Shown here one piece after another: positions 55,101 through 64,000 of a stretch of 64,000 nucleotides of DNA. Source of the DNA: an uncultured delta proteobacterium. Lineage in GTDB: Bacteria; Myxococcota_A; UBA9160; SZUA-336. The notes beneath the pieces are model-generated. The model searched no databases, was not told the DNA's origin, and worked only from the letters and a program-made list of their open reading frames with translations. Position 1 is the stretch's first letter; each line of letters starts with the position of its first letter. The stretch covers positions 32,001 through 96,000 of the forward strand of contig CAVPHD010000012.1 in NCBI GenBank assembly GCA_963704165.1, read 5' to 3'. The position numbers and the translations under genes were made by a program.

Positions 55101-56795
55101 CACCGTCACGTCTTCGTCGATCCGGATCCGGATCCGGAGCTCTCGTGGCGAGAGCGCAAGCGCCTCTTCGAGCTGCCGCGCTCTTCGTGGGCCGACTACG
55201 CGCGTGAACGGATCAGCGCGGGCGGCGGCGTCTTCGAGCGCGGCGCGAAGCGCATCGGTCTCTCGCCGCAGGCTCGGCGCGCGCTCGCGACGGATGCGGA
55301 GTTCCTGTCGGGTGAGGAGCTGATTCGCGCGACTCTGCGCGCACCCGTCGATCTGCTCTGGAACGGCGGGATCGGCACGTACGTGAAGGGCTCGTCCGAG
55401 GCTCACGACGACGCGGATGATCGCGCGAACGACGGGGTGCGGATCGACGCGCGCGAGCTCCGTGCGCGCATCGTCGTCGAAGGCGGCAATCTCGGGCTGA
55501 CGCAGGCTGCGCGCGTCGAGCTCGCGCGTGCGGGGGTTCGCATCGACACCGACGCGATCCACAATTCCGGTGGAGTCGATCTCTCCGATCACGAGGTCAA
55601 CTACAAGATCCTGCTCGCGGGGAGCGTAACCGATGGCTCGCTCGGCCTCCCAGAGCGGAACGCGGTCTTGCGCGCCTGTGTCGACGAGGCGGCGGAGGAC
55701 GTGCTCTCCCACAACGCGAGCCAGAGCCTGTGCCTGTCCCTGGACCTGCTTCGCGCGAGCGACGCTCCGGAGCGGATCGCCGACGCCGCGGCGTTCCTGG
55801 TGCGCCACGCGGAGCTCGACGCCGTGCTCGAGGGCCTGCCCGAGAGCGGTGCGCATCGCGCGCGCATCTCGACCGGCGGTGCGAGTGCGGCATGGACGCG
55901 CCCGGAGCTCGCGATCCTGCTCGCCTACACGAAGCTCCTCGCCAAGCGCTCGCTCGCGCGCTCGGACATGATCGACCAGCCCGAGCTCGCCGGACTCCTG
56001 CACGAATATTTCCCAACGCGCCTGCGCGCATCGTTCCGCTCCGCGATCGACGCTCACCGGCTTCGGCGCGAGATCAAGGCGCTCGTGCTCGCGAACAGGG
56101 CCATCGACCGCGCCGGGGTGACACTCGTTCCCGAGCTGGCGCGAACGCTCGCCGTCGACGTGAGCGACGTGCTCGGGGCCTGGTGGACGGCCGATCAGCT
56201 TCTCGGTGCCGAACCGATGCGCGTCTCGATCGCCTCGAAGTACGCGACCGAGGACGAGCGTCTTCGCGCGCGGCTTCGGCTCGAGGATTCGGTTCGCGAC
56301 GTCGCGGCATTGCGACTGGGCCTGGAACGCCGCGCGCTTCTTGCGCCCGACGAGCTCGATCGGTGCCGTGAAGGTCTGGCAGAGCTGCGCTCGCTGGTCG
56401 CTCCGGGACGAGACGATCTCGACGCGCTGCCGGTGCTCGTCCGGGCGCTGGGCGCGCTCGTCGCCTCGCAGAGAACGCAGGCTCCGCTCTCGCGCGCGCT
56501 CGAGCTCTGGACCGAGCTCGGGGATCGAACGCACGTCACCTGGCTGCTCGACAGGCTCGCGAGCATCGCGCAGCCCGATGCGTGGAGCCGGATCTGTGCC
56601 GCATCGATCGCTCTGGACGCGACGCGCGTGCTCTGCGAACTCTGCGAACGGGAGCTCACCAGCGAAGGCGGTGGACGCGCAGAGCTCGACGCTCAGGTCG
56701 GCGCGATCGCTCGTCTCGCGGCCGAGATCGAGGCTGGAGAGCGCAGTCTCTCGCCGCTGCTCGTGCTCTCGCAGCGAATCCGACGCCTGTGCTAG
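52161..56795 (+). CDS. gdhB: Large NAD-specific glutamate dehydrogenase
   Basis: GIHLRGGKVARGGLRWSDR, KTQRVKN, GAKGGF, DDPYLVVAADKGT, GIGDMSGDVFGNG, WNGGIGTY, EGGNLG. Confidence 0.93.
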   Translation: MTDSKDALFALVLAELERTLDPRELRRRERDGLVELAQDAAYFAELRAPGEARVRVACPGGFRAGRTSVEILASDQPFIVDTVRLVLRKRGLRELVLLHPLLAIERDVDGGIARVGRDSVDRTRESYVYAEIHALEDDAGRASLESELENALADARRVVGDHAPMLASLREHAASIESCAAALSGGGDRARNLAEILHWLETEGFLFMGYRRYAVHREVGGFRVAHEPSSALGILTDVDDSRFDDPAVSASVPPLVASRLEDERVIFFDKTRSDSTVHRRGRLDSVSVKLLDEHARVVGFGRFVGMLTNRAMRMRPSALGILGARRARVVESLVTESGSHTHKLALEAYDCLPLEFLLPAEHDQVRRVVASVVAASETGQTTVVSVPDLENRSFFVSVVLPRRSYEERFRIEIDRLLVNRHGASRIDHRTSFLDEDLALVHFFCACESDLDPGAFGSLEFDVRGVVERWQDRFEEAIAIARPNERAFQLAERYATSFPDSYRVVTSPAEAVLDVGHLERLRSGESSVEIGLDFATAYGDARTHRLKLYLCERPYLTDILPIVHRFGVHVVDATLTEISIPSQRSLWVVSFRIEPIEADGDRSGAVEARVLDGLRAVLSGRVGSDELNRLVLVAGLDWRTVDLLRAYLEYARQIGQAPAWLLACEVLARHRHAVRALAELFRARLDPDLASTRASAIAQATQALADARSPIPSAAEDRVFGVLESLIAATLRTSFFVPSGFEAKHEIALKLDSRAIPGMPAPVPLCEIFVHSIEFVGIHLRGGKVARGGLRWSDRLGDLRTEILALWKTQRVKNGLIVPVGAKGGFALKRGSLDASAGRAEADRIYPRFVAALLRLTDDVRGELIVAPERVVRHDGDDPYLVVAADKGTSHLSDVANRVAQDAGFWLGDAFASGGSNGYDHKRCAITARGAWLCAHRHFSELGRDPEREVFTVAGIGDMSGDVFGNGLLLMRRAKLVAAFDHRHVFVDPDPDPELSWRERKRLFELPRSSWADYARERISAGGGVFERGAKRIGLSPQARRALATDAEFLSGEELIRATLRAPVDLLWNGGIGTYVKGSSEAHDDADDRANDGVRIDARELRARIVVEGGNLGLTQAARVELARAGVRIDTDAIHNSGGVDLSDHEVNYKILLAGSVTDGSLGLPERNAVLRACVDEAAEDVLSHNASQSLCLSLDLLRASDAPERIADAAAFLVRHAELDAVLEGLPESGAHRARISTGGASAAWTRPELAILLAYTKLLAKRSLARSDMIDQPELAGLLHEYFPTRLRASFRSAIDAHRLRREIKALVLANRAIDRAGVTLVPELARTLAVDVSDVLGAWWTADQLLGAEPMRVSIASKYATEDERLRARLRLEDSVRDVAALRLGLERRALLAPDELDRCREGLAELRSLVAPGRDDLDALPVLVRALGALVASQRTQAPLSRALELWTELGDRTHVTWLLDRLASIAQPDAWSRICAASIALDATRVLCELCERELTSEGGGRAELDAQVGAIARLAAEIEAGERSLSPLLVLSQRIRRLC

Positions 56796-56805
56796 GGTTC
56801 GCCGC

Positions 56806-56895
56806 GGAGAGATGCCGGAGCGGTTGAACGGGGCGGTCTCGAAAACCGTTGTACCCTTACGGGTACCGGGGGTTCAAATCCCTCTCTCTCCGCCA
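56806..56895 (+). tRNA. tRNA-Ser(CGA)
   Basis: GGAGAGA acceptor, anticodon arm GCGGT-CTCGAAA-ACCGT, long variable arm GTACCC-TTAC-GGGTAC, GGTTCAAATCC, encoded CCA. Confidence 0.97.
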
Positions 56896-56916
56896 ACTTC
56901 TCCCCGCGCAGCCTGA

Positions 56917-57594
56917 ATGGAAAAGCTCGTCTACGTCCTGTTCGGAAGGGTGTCGGCAAGCCCCGCCGCGATCGCGCGTGAGCTGGGGACGTTCGGTGCG
57001 CAGCGCATCACCGTCAACGCGTCCGACGAACACGTGACCGCGAAGCTCGGCTCACGCATCACGCGCCTCGACCCCACACTCGGCGCCGTGGTTTCGTTCT
57101 GGGTCGAGGCGTGCCTCGATCGGAGCCCGATCGAGCGCGCGCTCGCGATCGCATCGGAACGGCTCGCCGGCTACTCGGTGCTCGAATCCGTCGCGCTCCC
57201 GAACCGCACGCACGTCGCGGCGGATTCGGAACGCACGCCGGGCATCAACATGATCGCGTGCATCGCGCCCAAGGCAGGGCAATCGTACGACGCCTGGCTC
57301 GAATACTGGCTCGAGGAACACCGGGGCGTCGCGCTCGAAGTGCAGGCCAGCTACGCGTACGTGCGCAACGTCGTCGTGCGTCCGCTCACGCCCGGCGCTC
57401 CACCCTGGAAGGGAATCGTCGAGGAGGGATTTCCGTCCGACGCCGTCGGCGATCCGATGGTCTGGTACAAGGCCGACGGTTCCCGGCAGAAGCTCGAGAC
57501 GAATCTCGCCCGCATGCTCGCGAGCTGTCGGCGGTTTCTCGACCTCGAGCAGGTCGAGTCCCACCCCTTCTCGGAGTACCGCTTCGGGCGCTGA
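56917..57594 (+). CDS. EthD domain-containing protein
   Basis: WLEYWLEEH, YVRNVVVRPLTPGAPPWKGIVEEGF, SCRRFLD, SEY. Confidence 0.75.
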   Translation: MEKLVYVLFGRVSASPAAIARELGTFGAQRITVNASDEHVTAKLGSRITRLDPTLGAVVSFWVEACLDRSPIERALAIASERLAGYSVLESVALPNRTHVAADSERTPGINMIACIAPKAGQSYDAWLEYWLEEHRGVALEVQASYAYVRNVVVRPLTPGAPPWKGIVEEGFPSDAVGDPMVWYKADGSRQKLETNLARMLASCRRFLDLEQVESHPFSEYRFGR

Positions 57595-57600
57595 CCGCTC

Positions 57601-59246
57601 CTACGCTTTCTCGCGCAGATCCGGCAGGCGGTATCCCTCCGCTTCGAGACGCGCGCGGATCGCCTTCTTGTCGAGCTTGCCCGTCGACGTCAGCGGAACC
57701 GAATCGACGAACAGCACGTCGTCGGGCAAGCTGCCACTTCGCGAAGCGCACCGGCGCAGTGCGCAGCGACTGCCTCGGGCGTGATCTCGGAACCGGCGCG
57801 GCGCACGACCAGCGCGACCGGGCGCTCGTCCCACTTCGGGTGCGGTTGCGCGACGACCGCGGCCTTGGCGACGCCGGGCAGTGCCGACGATGTGGTTCTC
57901 GAGATCGACCGACGAGATCCACTCGCCGCCGGACTTGATCAGATCCTTCGAGCGATCGGAGATGATCAGGTACTGCTCGGGATCGATCTTGGCGACGTCG
58001 CCGGTGACGAGCCAGCCGTCGTGGAACTTGTCGGGCTGCGGGTCGTTGAAGTACTCCGAGCAGATCCACGGGCCGCGGATCAGCAGCTTCCCGGCCGCGC
58101 GCCGTCGTGCGGCAGCGGCTTCCAGTCGTCGTCGACGATCTCGATCTCGAGCCCGGGCATCAGCAGGCCGGCCTTCGCGTTGTTCTCGAACTGGGCGTCG
58201 AGCGAGAGCTCGCGGTGCGTGCGCTTGGCGACGCGGCGCGAGAGCGTGCCGAGCGGATTGGTCTCGGTCATGCCCCAGCCCTGGATCATCTCGACGCCGA
58301 GGCGGTCCCAGAACCAGCGCATCAGCGAGACCGGCGGCGCAGAGCCGCCGCAGGTGAGCCGCTCGAGCTTCGACAGATCCCAGCGCTCGGGCTCGGCTTC
58401 GATCGCCGCGCGCGCGCCCTGCCAGATCGTCGGCACTCCCGCGGAGATCGTGACCTGCTCCGCGGCCATCAGGTCGAGCAGGGACTTCGGATCCATGAAC
58501 CGGTGCGGCATGACCTGCTTCGCGCCGAGCATCGTGGCGGCGAACGGCAAGCCCCAGCCCATGGCGTGGAACATGGGCACGATGCCGCAGACGCTGTCGG
58601 TCGCCGACAGCGCGATCGCGTCGGTCATCGACTGCGCCATCGTGTGCAGGTAGGTCGAGCGGTGCGTGTACATCACGCCCTTCGGATTGCCGGTGGTTCC
58701 GCTCGTGTAGCAGAGGCCCATCGGCGCGTTCTCGTCGAGCTCGGGCCAGCGGTATTCCGTCGGCGCGGAGCCGATGAATTCCTCGTAGTCGATCGCGTTC
58801 TCGAAGCTCGTCTCGAATCCGCCGGACTCGGTGCCGACGACGATCAGCTCGACGCTCGGCAGCTTTCCGCGCAGCGGCTCGAGCAGCGGCAGCAGGTCCG
58901 CATCGACGAGCAGGACGCGATCGGAGGCGTGATTGACGATGTACTCGAGCTCGCGCGGCGAGAGCCGGATGTTCAGCGTGTGCAGCACCGCTCCCATCGA
59001 GGGCAGCGCCTGGTACGTCTCGAGGTGACGGCGGCCGTTCCACATGAACGTCGCGACTCGGTCGCCGATCGAGATTCCACGCCGTCGCAGCGCGTTCGCG
59101 AGCTGGCACGCGCGCGCGCGGGTCTCGGCGTAGCTCTGTCGCTGCGTGCCCTTCGAGGTCGCGGTGACGATCTCTTCGTCGGGCGAGAGCCGTGCACCAC
59201 GATCGAGCAGGCGCGACAGGAGAAGAGGCGTGCGTTGCATCGTCAT
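57601..59246 (-). CDS. Fatty-acid/acyl-CoA ligase (several apparent frameshifts in 57730-58100)
   Basis: LCYTSGTTGNPKG, VPMFH, QGWGMTETNP, WLVTGD, DRSKDLIKSGGEWISSVDLEN, TSTGKLDK. Confidence 0.88.
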
Positions 59247-59311
59247 GGCTGGATCAGCTCCTTCCGAAATCGCCGAAGATCTTCATTCTCGGCGCGGGGA
59301 AGGGGCCCTGT

Positions 59312-61009
59312 CTACTGGCGCCAGCGACCCTCGAAGCGCAGACGACCATCGATCTCGCTCAGGATCAGGCGCTGCTCGTCCTGGGTGCGAAAGCGACCGT
59401 TCGCATCGCGGAACGCGTAGCTGACGATCAGCCGCAGGTACACGCGGCCCTCTTGCGAGCGCTCTTCGTCGATCTCCGCCGCGACGAGTCGGAAGCCGTC
59501 TCGCGAGTCCGGTGTGCCGGCGAACTCCGCGGGCTCGTCGCGGAACCCGAGCGCTTCGAGCCGCGCAGGGTCTCCGCTCGCGAGCGCGGCGAGCCAATCG
59601 GTGAGAAAGCTCTCGACCGGCCTCGTGAGCTCGAAACCGCTGAAGCTCTGCGCCGCTCCATCGGCCTCCGGCGCGGGTGCCGCGGGGATGCTCGGCTCGG
59701 GAGGCGGTTCGAGCCTGGCGGGCGCCGGCGCGGGAATCGGGGTCGGCTCCGGTGCCGGCGCGATCTCGGCCTTCGCGACCGGCTTCTCCGCCCGCTTGGC
59801 GACCGGCTTCTCCACGGGCTTCGCAACCGGCTTCGCGACGGGCTTCACGGCTTCGGGCAGAGCCGGCTGCGCGGCGGGAGCAGGCGCAGGCGGTCGCACG
59901 CGGACGAGCGCCGGGCTCGGCTTCGGCGCGTGGCTCTCGGCGATCGAGCCGGTCTTCGCGGTGTAGGTCCAGAGCCCGAATCCCGCGAGGACGATCCCGA
60001 GTGTCACGAACACTCCGACGAGCAGCGAGAACGGGTCGAGCGCGCGGCGCGCTCGGACCGGCGTCATGCGCGGAATCTGGATCTGCTGATCGGCGGGCAG
60101 CTGGAAGACCGGCTCCGACACGGCGCTCGGTGCGGTCTCGGGCCCCGCGTCGTCGGCGGGACCCGGTGGATCCGCGACGACCTCTGCGATCTCGGTTGAG
60201 ATGTCCGCAAACGACATCTCGGATTCCGCGGAGGGTGCATCCGCGGGCGAATCGGGAACTGCTGCGACGACGACCGAAACGTTGTCCGCGCCACCGACCG
60301 CGTTCGCGGCTTCGACGAGCGCGAGCGCGGACTGCTCGGGCGTACCCGAAGCGAGCGCGAGCCCGAGCGCGCGTTCCTGAACGTACCCGTGCAGGCCGTC
60401 CGAGCAGAGCAGAAGCCGATCCCCGGGCCGAAGATCGACCTCGACGAGATCGACCGTCACGTCGGGCGCCTGACCGAGCGCGCGCATGAGCTCGTGGCGT
60501 CGGGGGTGCGTCTTCGCCGCCTCGCTCGTGATCACACCGAGGGAGATCCACTCGGTCATGAGCGAGTGGTCCCGCGTCAGCGATTCGAGCGCGCGATCGC
60601 GCAGCCGATAGCAGCGGCTGTCACCGACCCAGGCGAGCCAGACGCGACCGTCCGGCGCGAGCAGTGCCGCGACGACGGTCGTGCCCATTCCGCGAAGCTC
60701 GGAGTCGTCGAGTGCCCGCGTGTAGATCTCTTCGTTCGCAAGCTCGAGGCTGCGTCGAAGCCGCTGCTCGGGTGCGCCGTTCGGCTCGCGAAAGACGCGC
60801 TCGACGGACTCCAGGCAGATCCGACTCGCGGTCTGACCACCGCGATGTCCTCCCATTCCGTCGGCGACGATCAGAAGCCGCTCGCGCAGCTCGTTCTCGA
60901 GTACCGCGAGGGCGTCCTGATTCTCGGCGCGAACGCGTCCCGCGTCCGAGAGCGACGCAATCGCGGTCGTCTCGTACCCGGGCGCGCCGAGCGCGTCGAT
61001 GCCCTGCAT
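59312..61009 (-). CDS. PP2C-family Ser/Thr phosphatase with TM helix, Pro/Ala/Lys linker and C-terminal extracytoplasmic domain
   Basis: GRVRAENQD, VADGMGGHRGG, GMGTT, VGDSRCY, TRDHS, CSDGL, GGADNVS; TM FSLLVGVFVTLGIVLAGFGLW. Confidence 0.9.
   Translation of the reverse strand: MQGIDALGAPGYETTAIASLSDAGRVRAENQDALAVLENELRERLLIVADGMGGHRGGQTASRICLESVERVFREPNGAPEQRLRRSLELANEEIYTRALDDSELRGMGTTVVAALLAPDGRVWLAWVGDSRCYRLRDRALESLTRDHSLMTEWISLGVITSEAAKTHPRRHELMRALGQAPDVTVDLVEVDLRPGDRLLLCSDGLHGYVQERALGLALASGTPEQSALALVEAANAVGGADNVSVVVAAVPDSPADAPSAESEMSFADISTEIAEVVADPPGPADDAGPETAPSAVSEPVFQLPADQQIQIPRMTPVRARRALDPFSLLVGVFVTLGIVLAGFGLWTYTAKTGSIAESHAPKPSPALVRVRPPAPAPAAQPALPEAVKPVAKPVAKPVEKPVAKRAEKPVAKAEIAPAPEPTPIPAPAPARLEPPPEPSIPAAPAPEADGAAQSFSGFELTRPVESFLTDWLAALASGDPARLEALGFRDEPAEFAGTPDSRDGFRLVAAEIDEERSQEGRVYLRLIVSYAFRDANGRFRTQDEQRLILSEIDGRLRFEGRWRQ
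59773..59850 (-). repeat. 12-bp-period coding repeat (KPVA)n
   Basis: VKPVAKPVAKPVEKPVAKRAEKPVAK. Confidence 0.8.
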
Positions 61010-61038
61010 GAGTCCCTTATCGACCGGCGCGCGCGGGT

Positions 61039-62412
61039 TTAGATGCGAATCGTCCGCCAATGGCCGGCACGGAAACGCATCACGAATGCAATGGACAGCA
61101 CGAGCACGTAGACGAGCTCGCCAACCCACGCCCCGAAGACGCCGCCCTGCATCCAGATGGCGGCGACGTACACGACTGGCAGCCGCAAGGCCCAGGCCAG
61201 CGTGGCCTGGACGGCGAATGGCCAGCGAGTATCGCCGGCTCCGCGGAGCGATCCACTCGCGACGATGCCGACCGCGTCGATCACCTGGAAGAAGGCACCG
61301 AGCAGGAGCAGCGGTCGCGCCAGCTCGAGCACATCCACGTCGCGCGAGAAGATCCCGAGAAGCGCCTCGGGGACAGCGACGAACAGCACCGCCACGAGCA
61401 GTGCGAGTCCGAGCGCGAGCATCTGTGCCGAGAAGTAGCTGCGCTGCGCGGCCTCGAGATCTCGCGCCCCGATGTAGCGTCCGACCAGCGTGCCCGAAGC
61501 GATCGCGATCGCGATCGCCTGCATGAACGACACCGAGAGCAGCTGCAACATCGCCTGACTCGCCGCCATCGAGACGTCACCCATCCGGGCGATGATCGAG
61601 CCGAAGATCGCGAACGTCGTCATGTCGAGCAGCCACTGGCCACCGATCGGCGCACTCGTGCGCAGGAATCGCAGCATCGCCTCGCGCTCCGGTCTACACG
61701 GCTGCGTGTGATAGCGAACTCGGAGAGTACGGCGCAGAGCCGCCGCGGCGAGGATCACGAGGATCGCCCAGCTGCCGGCCGAGATCGCGATGCCGGCGCC
61801 GGAGACACCGAGCTTCGGCATTCCAAGCTCGCCGAAGATCAGCCCGTACGCGAGCACCACGTTCACGGCGATCCCACCGAGCACGGCGTACAAAGGGGTG
61901 CGCGTATCGCCGATCCCGCGGAAGAAGCTCATGAAGACGAAATTCCCGACGACGGCCGGACCTCCCGGTAGGCGTGCGTATCCGTAGTCGATCGCGGCCG
62001 CCGCGAGTTCGGGCGACGGGCCGATCCACGTGATCAGGAGCGGGAGCAAGAATGCCACCGCGAACATCCAGAGCGTCATCGCGGGAACGAGAAGCCAGAT
62101 CGCCTGCCAGATCCACGGGCCGCAGCGCGTCTGCTCGTTCGCACCGTCGTGTCGAGACACGAACGCTTGAACGCCCTGCCCCGTTCCGGTGAACGGAACG
62201 AAGAGGGTCCAGATCCAGATTCCCGCGAACCCGATCGCACCGAGCTCGGTGGCGCCAAGCCGGCCGACCATCGCCGAGTCGATGAGCTGCATGATCGTCT
62301 CGGAGATCGACTGGACGACGACGGGGAAGGCGAGGAGCGCCACCTCACCGACACTCCCGTTGCGCGGAGTGATCACGGTTGTGTCGCTCGAAGTTTCTGC
62401 CTGTACTGACAT
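61039..62412 (-). CDS. MATE family efflux transporter
   Basis: LIDSAMVGRLG, FFRGIGDTRTP, LIFGELGMPKLGVSGAGIA, GSLRGAGDTRWP. Confidence 0.93.
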   Translation of the reverse strand: MSVQAETSSDTTVITPRNGSVGEVALLAFPVVVQSISETIMQLIDSAMVGRLGATELGAIGFAGIWIWTLFVPFTGTGQGVQAFVSRHDGANEQTRCGPWIWQAIWLLVPAMTLWMFAVAFLLPLLITWIGPSPELAAAAIDYGYARLPGGPAVVGNFVFMSFFRGIGDTRTPLYAVLGGIAVNVVLAYGLIFGELGMPKLGVSGAGIAISAGSWAILVILAAAALRRTLRVRYHTQPCRPEREAMLRFLRTSAPIGGQWLLDMTTFAIFGSIIARMGDVSMAASQAMLQLLSVSFMQAIAIAIASGTLVGRYIGARDLEAAQRSYFSAQMLALGLALLVAVLFVAVPEALLGIFSRDVDVLELARPLLLLGAFFQVIDAVGIVASGSLRGAGDTRWPFAVQATLAWALRLPVVYVAAIWMQGGVFGAWVGELVYVLVLSIAFVMRFRAGHWRTIRI

Positions 62413-62433
62413 GAGTGGAACCTGCCGGGAAAG

Positions 62434-62471
62434 CCGAAGGCCGCGGTCGCTCTCGCGTCCGCGGCCTTCGG
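62434..62471 (-). terminator. Strong hairpin between leader ORF and MATE start
   Basis: Perfect 13-bp stem CCGAAGGCCGCGG/CCGCGGCCTTCGG, GAGA loop on minus strand, followed by CTTT. Confidence 0.65.
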
Positions 62472-62495
62472 TGAGTCCCCCTATCCAGGGTCGAA

Positions 62496-62603
62496 TCAAT
62501 CTGAGGCGGGCGCGAGTGTCCTCTTTGCGTCGGTGCGGGCCAGTGGCGAGCGATTGCGCTCGACTGGCGCGCAGGGGCACGCGACGGCGTCGGTGTTCAT
62601 CAT
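62496..62603 (-). CDS. Putative 35-aa leader peptide
   Basis: SD GGGAGGGA, ATGATG; MMNTDAVACPCAPVERNRSPLARTDAKRTLAPASD. Confidence 0.45.
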   Translation of the reverse strand: MMNTDAVACPCAPVERNRSPLARTDAKRTLAPASD

Positions 62604-62708
62604 CGGTGTCCCTCCCTGCCTCGAATCGGTCGCCGAGGTTATCGCGGACCCCGCCGAGAAGCAACGCTCTTCTACTTCCCGGACCGCCTTGCCGAAGCGA
62701 GAGGGGAC

Positions 62709-63779
62709 ATGGCCCCCGACCCTCTCTCGACGCCACGCGTGCAACGCTTCGCGCAATGGCTCCTCTGGGAGGAGCAGAGCAACTTCTCCGGCTTCCGAGC
62801 CACCACGAGATTCGTCGATCTCGATGTCGCGCGCATCGAGCGGCGCCTCGTCGATGTGCGCACGTCCGGCCCCGTCGCCCGCGTGCTGGCCGAACGAATC
62901 CTCTCCGGAGATCACGTGCTGTTCCCGAAGCACCCGCTGAATCGCGACCACGGCGTCGCCTTTCACGACGTGCCGGCCTCGGAGCGCTGGCGTGCGCGAT
63001 ACACGTCCTCGCGTACGCTCGTGATCTGGGACGAGGATGCCGCCTCGCTTCCGTTCGCCATCAAGCTCGCGACCGATCATCCCCACACGGAAGTACGTCA
63101 GCCCGAGAAGACGCTGCTTCGCGAAGAGGTGCGCGAATCTCTGCTCTTCGCGGAGCACGTGCGCGCGGTCGACTCGCGAATCGGTCCCGACCCCGAGCTG
63201 ATTCTGCTCACCGAATCGATCGGCATATCGGTTCCGGGTTCCGAGACGGGACTTCTGGTCCGAGATCTCGCTCCGCTCTTCGACGGGTACTTCTACCTGC
63301 CCGCGTTCAGCATTCCATTCGTCGGCGTTGCGATCGCGTCGGCCGCCGGCGAGTCCTTCGCGGGATTCTGGGGCGAGGCGTACGCCGAGCCGGTCGGACG
63401 CTCGAAGGCGAAGCTGCTCGCGCGCTACGGGCTTCAGTACCAGACACCGAATCCCCAGAACATCCTCGTTCAGCTCGACGCGCGACTGCGCCCGACCGGC
63501 ACGATCGTGCTTCGCGATCTGGCCGACACCGACTTCGTGACGAACTCGGCGGGCGCGAGCGGTGCGCCGTGGACGCACATGACCGCAAGGCTCGCGCCGG
63601 AGACGACGACCTCGTTCTGGGCCTTCGATCAGGCGCCCGACTCGCCCGCCGATCCCGAAACGCTCGCGTCCTGGTACCGCCGACACGATCGCGCGTACCT
63701 CGACGAGCTGCGCCGCCTCCGCCACCTGCCCGCGTGCGAGTCGCTCGATGCGCTCGCGAAGCTGCTCGCGCCCGTCTAG
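62709..63779 (+). CDS. Stand-alone IucA/IucC (NIS synthetase)-like protein
   Basis: FPKHPLN, YTSSRTL, AIKLA, LLVRD, PAFS, YGL...PQNILV, VLRDL; SD GAGGGG. Confidence 0.6.
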   Translation: MAPDPLSTPRVQRFAQWLLWEEQSNFSGFRATTRFVDLDVARIERRLVDVRTSGPVARVLAERILSGDHVLFPKHPLNRDHGVAFHDVPASERWRARYTSSRTLVIWDEDAASLPFAIKLATDHPHTEVRQPEKTLLREEVRESLLFAEHVRAVDSRIGPDPELILLTESIGISVPGSETGLLVRDLAPLFDGYFYLPAFSIPFVGVAIASAAGESFAGFWGEAYAEPVGRSKAKLLARYGLQYQTPNPQNILVQLDARLRPTGTIVLRDLADTDFVTNSAGASGAPWTHMTARLAPETTTSFWAFDQAPDSPADPETLASWYRRHDRAYLDELRRLRHLPACESLDALAKLLAPV

Positions 63780-63789
63780 CCTCGGGGTC

Positions 63790-64000
63790 TTGAGCGCACC
63801 CACGGTCACCGTCCGGCTCACGAACTCCGCCGAGCGTCTGGTGCGGATGGAACACCCGTGGCTGTACGCCGAGAGCATCCGATCGGCCTCGCGTCCGGGT
63901 GAAGCCGGCGACCTGGCGGTGATCTACGACCACAAGCGCGAGCTGCTCGCGCTGGGGCTCTGGGACCCGGAGTCGCCCATCCGGATCCGCGTCCTGCACC
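63790..64000 (+). CDS. RlmI-like rRNA methyltransferase (3' end outside window)
   Basis: HPWLY...GEAGDLAVIYD...LGLWDPESPIRIRVLH PUA-like N-terminus. Confidence 0.75.
   Translation, partial: MSAPTVTVRLTNSAERLVRMEHPWLYAESIRSASRPGEAGDLAVIYDHKRELLALGLWDPESPIRIRVLH

Noticed and set aside
56806..56920. tRNA-Ser as an integration site for an island
   Set aside because: No integrase and no convincing duplicated tRNA 3' end; the only match noticed is about 10 nt near 27464
62520..62575. c-di-GMP-I riboswitch (GACGCAAAG on minus strand) or 6S RNA
   Set aside because: No upstream GGCAAA/GAAA P1 element and no convincing 6S closing stem; kept only as an unassigned structured leader

Overview
High-GC chromosomal window, gene-dense and mostly core/metabolic. 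Gene content suggests a Myxococcota/Deltaproteobacteria-like bacterium (inference). It contains gatA (partial), asmA-like, mtnA, two ilvE-type aminotransferases, ispG-gloA, hisN, tkt, a divergent sucCD-like pair with a ferredoxin, metF, pyrF, a type IV minor pilin/PilY1 cluster, groES-groEL, purU, a large NAD-glutamate dehydrogenase, tRNA-Ser(CGA), a PP2C phosphatase, a MATE exporter and a partial RlmI-like gene. I saw no integrase, transposase, prophage or CRISPR array. Main observations: (1) a set of sugar-nucleotide-pathway look-alikes with lost catalytic residues (formyltransferase-like::DegT fusion lacking the PLP lysine, Gfo/Idh/MocA with EKP->EPP, a divergent flavoprotein) sits behind near-consensus sigma54 promoters; the same promoter type precedes the minor pilin cluster. 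(2) A recurring sigma28-like motif, TCAA-N16-(G/T)CCGAT, precedes dispersed c-di-GMP/phospho-signalling genes. (3) A 35-codon leader ORF and a strong hairpin precede the MATE gene, divergent from a stand-alone IucA/IucC-like gene. About a dozen mostly +1 single-base frameshifts, including in housekeeping genes, look like consensus sequencing errors. All calls are by eye from motifs; no searches were run.
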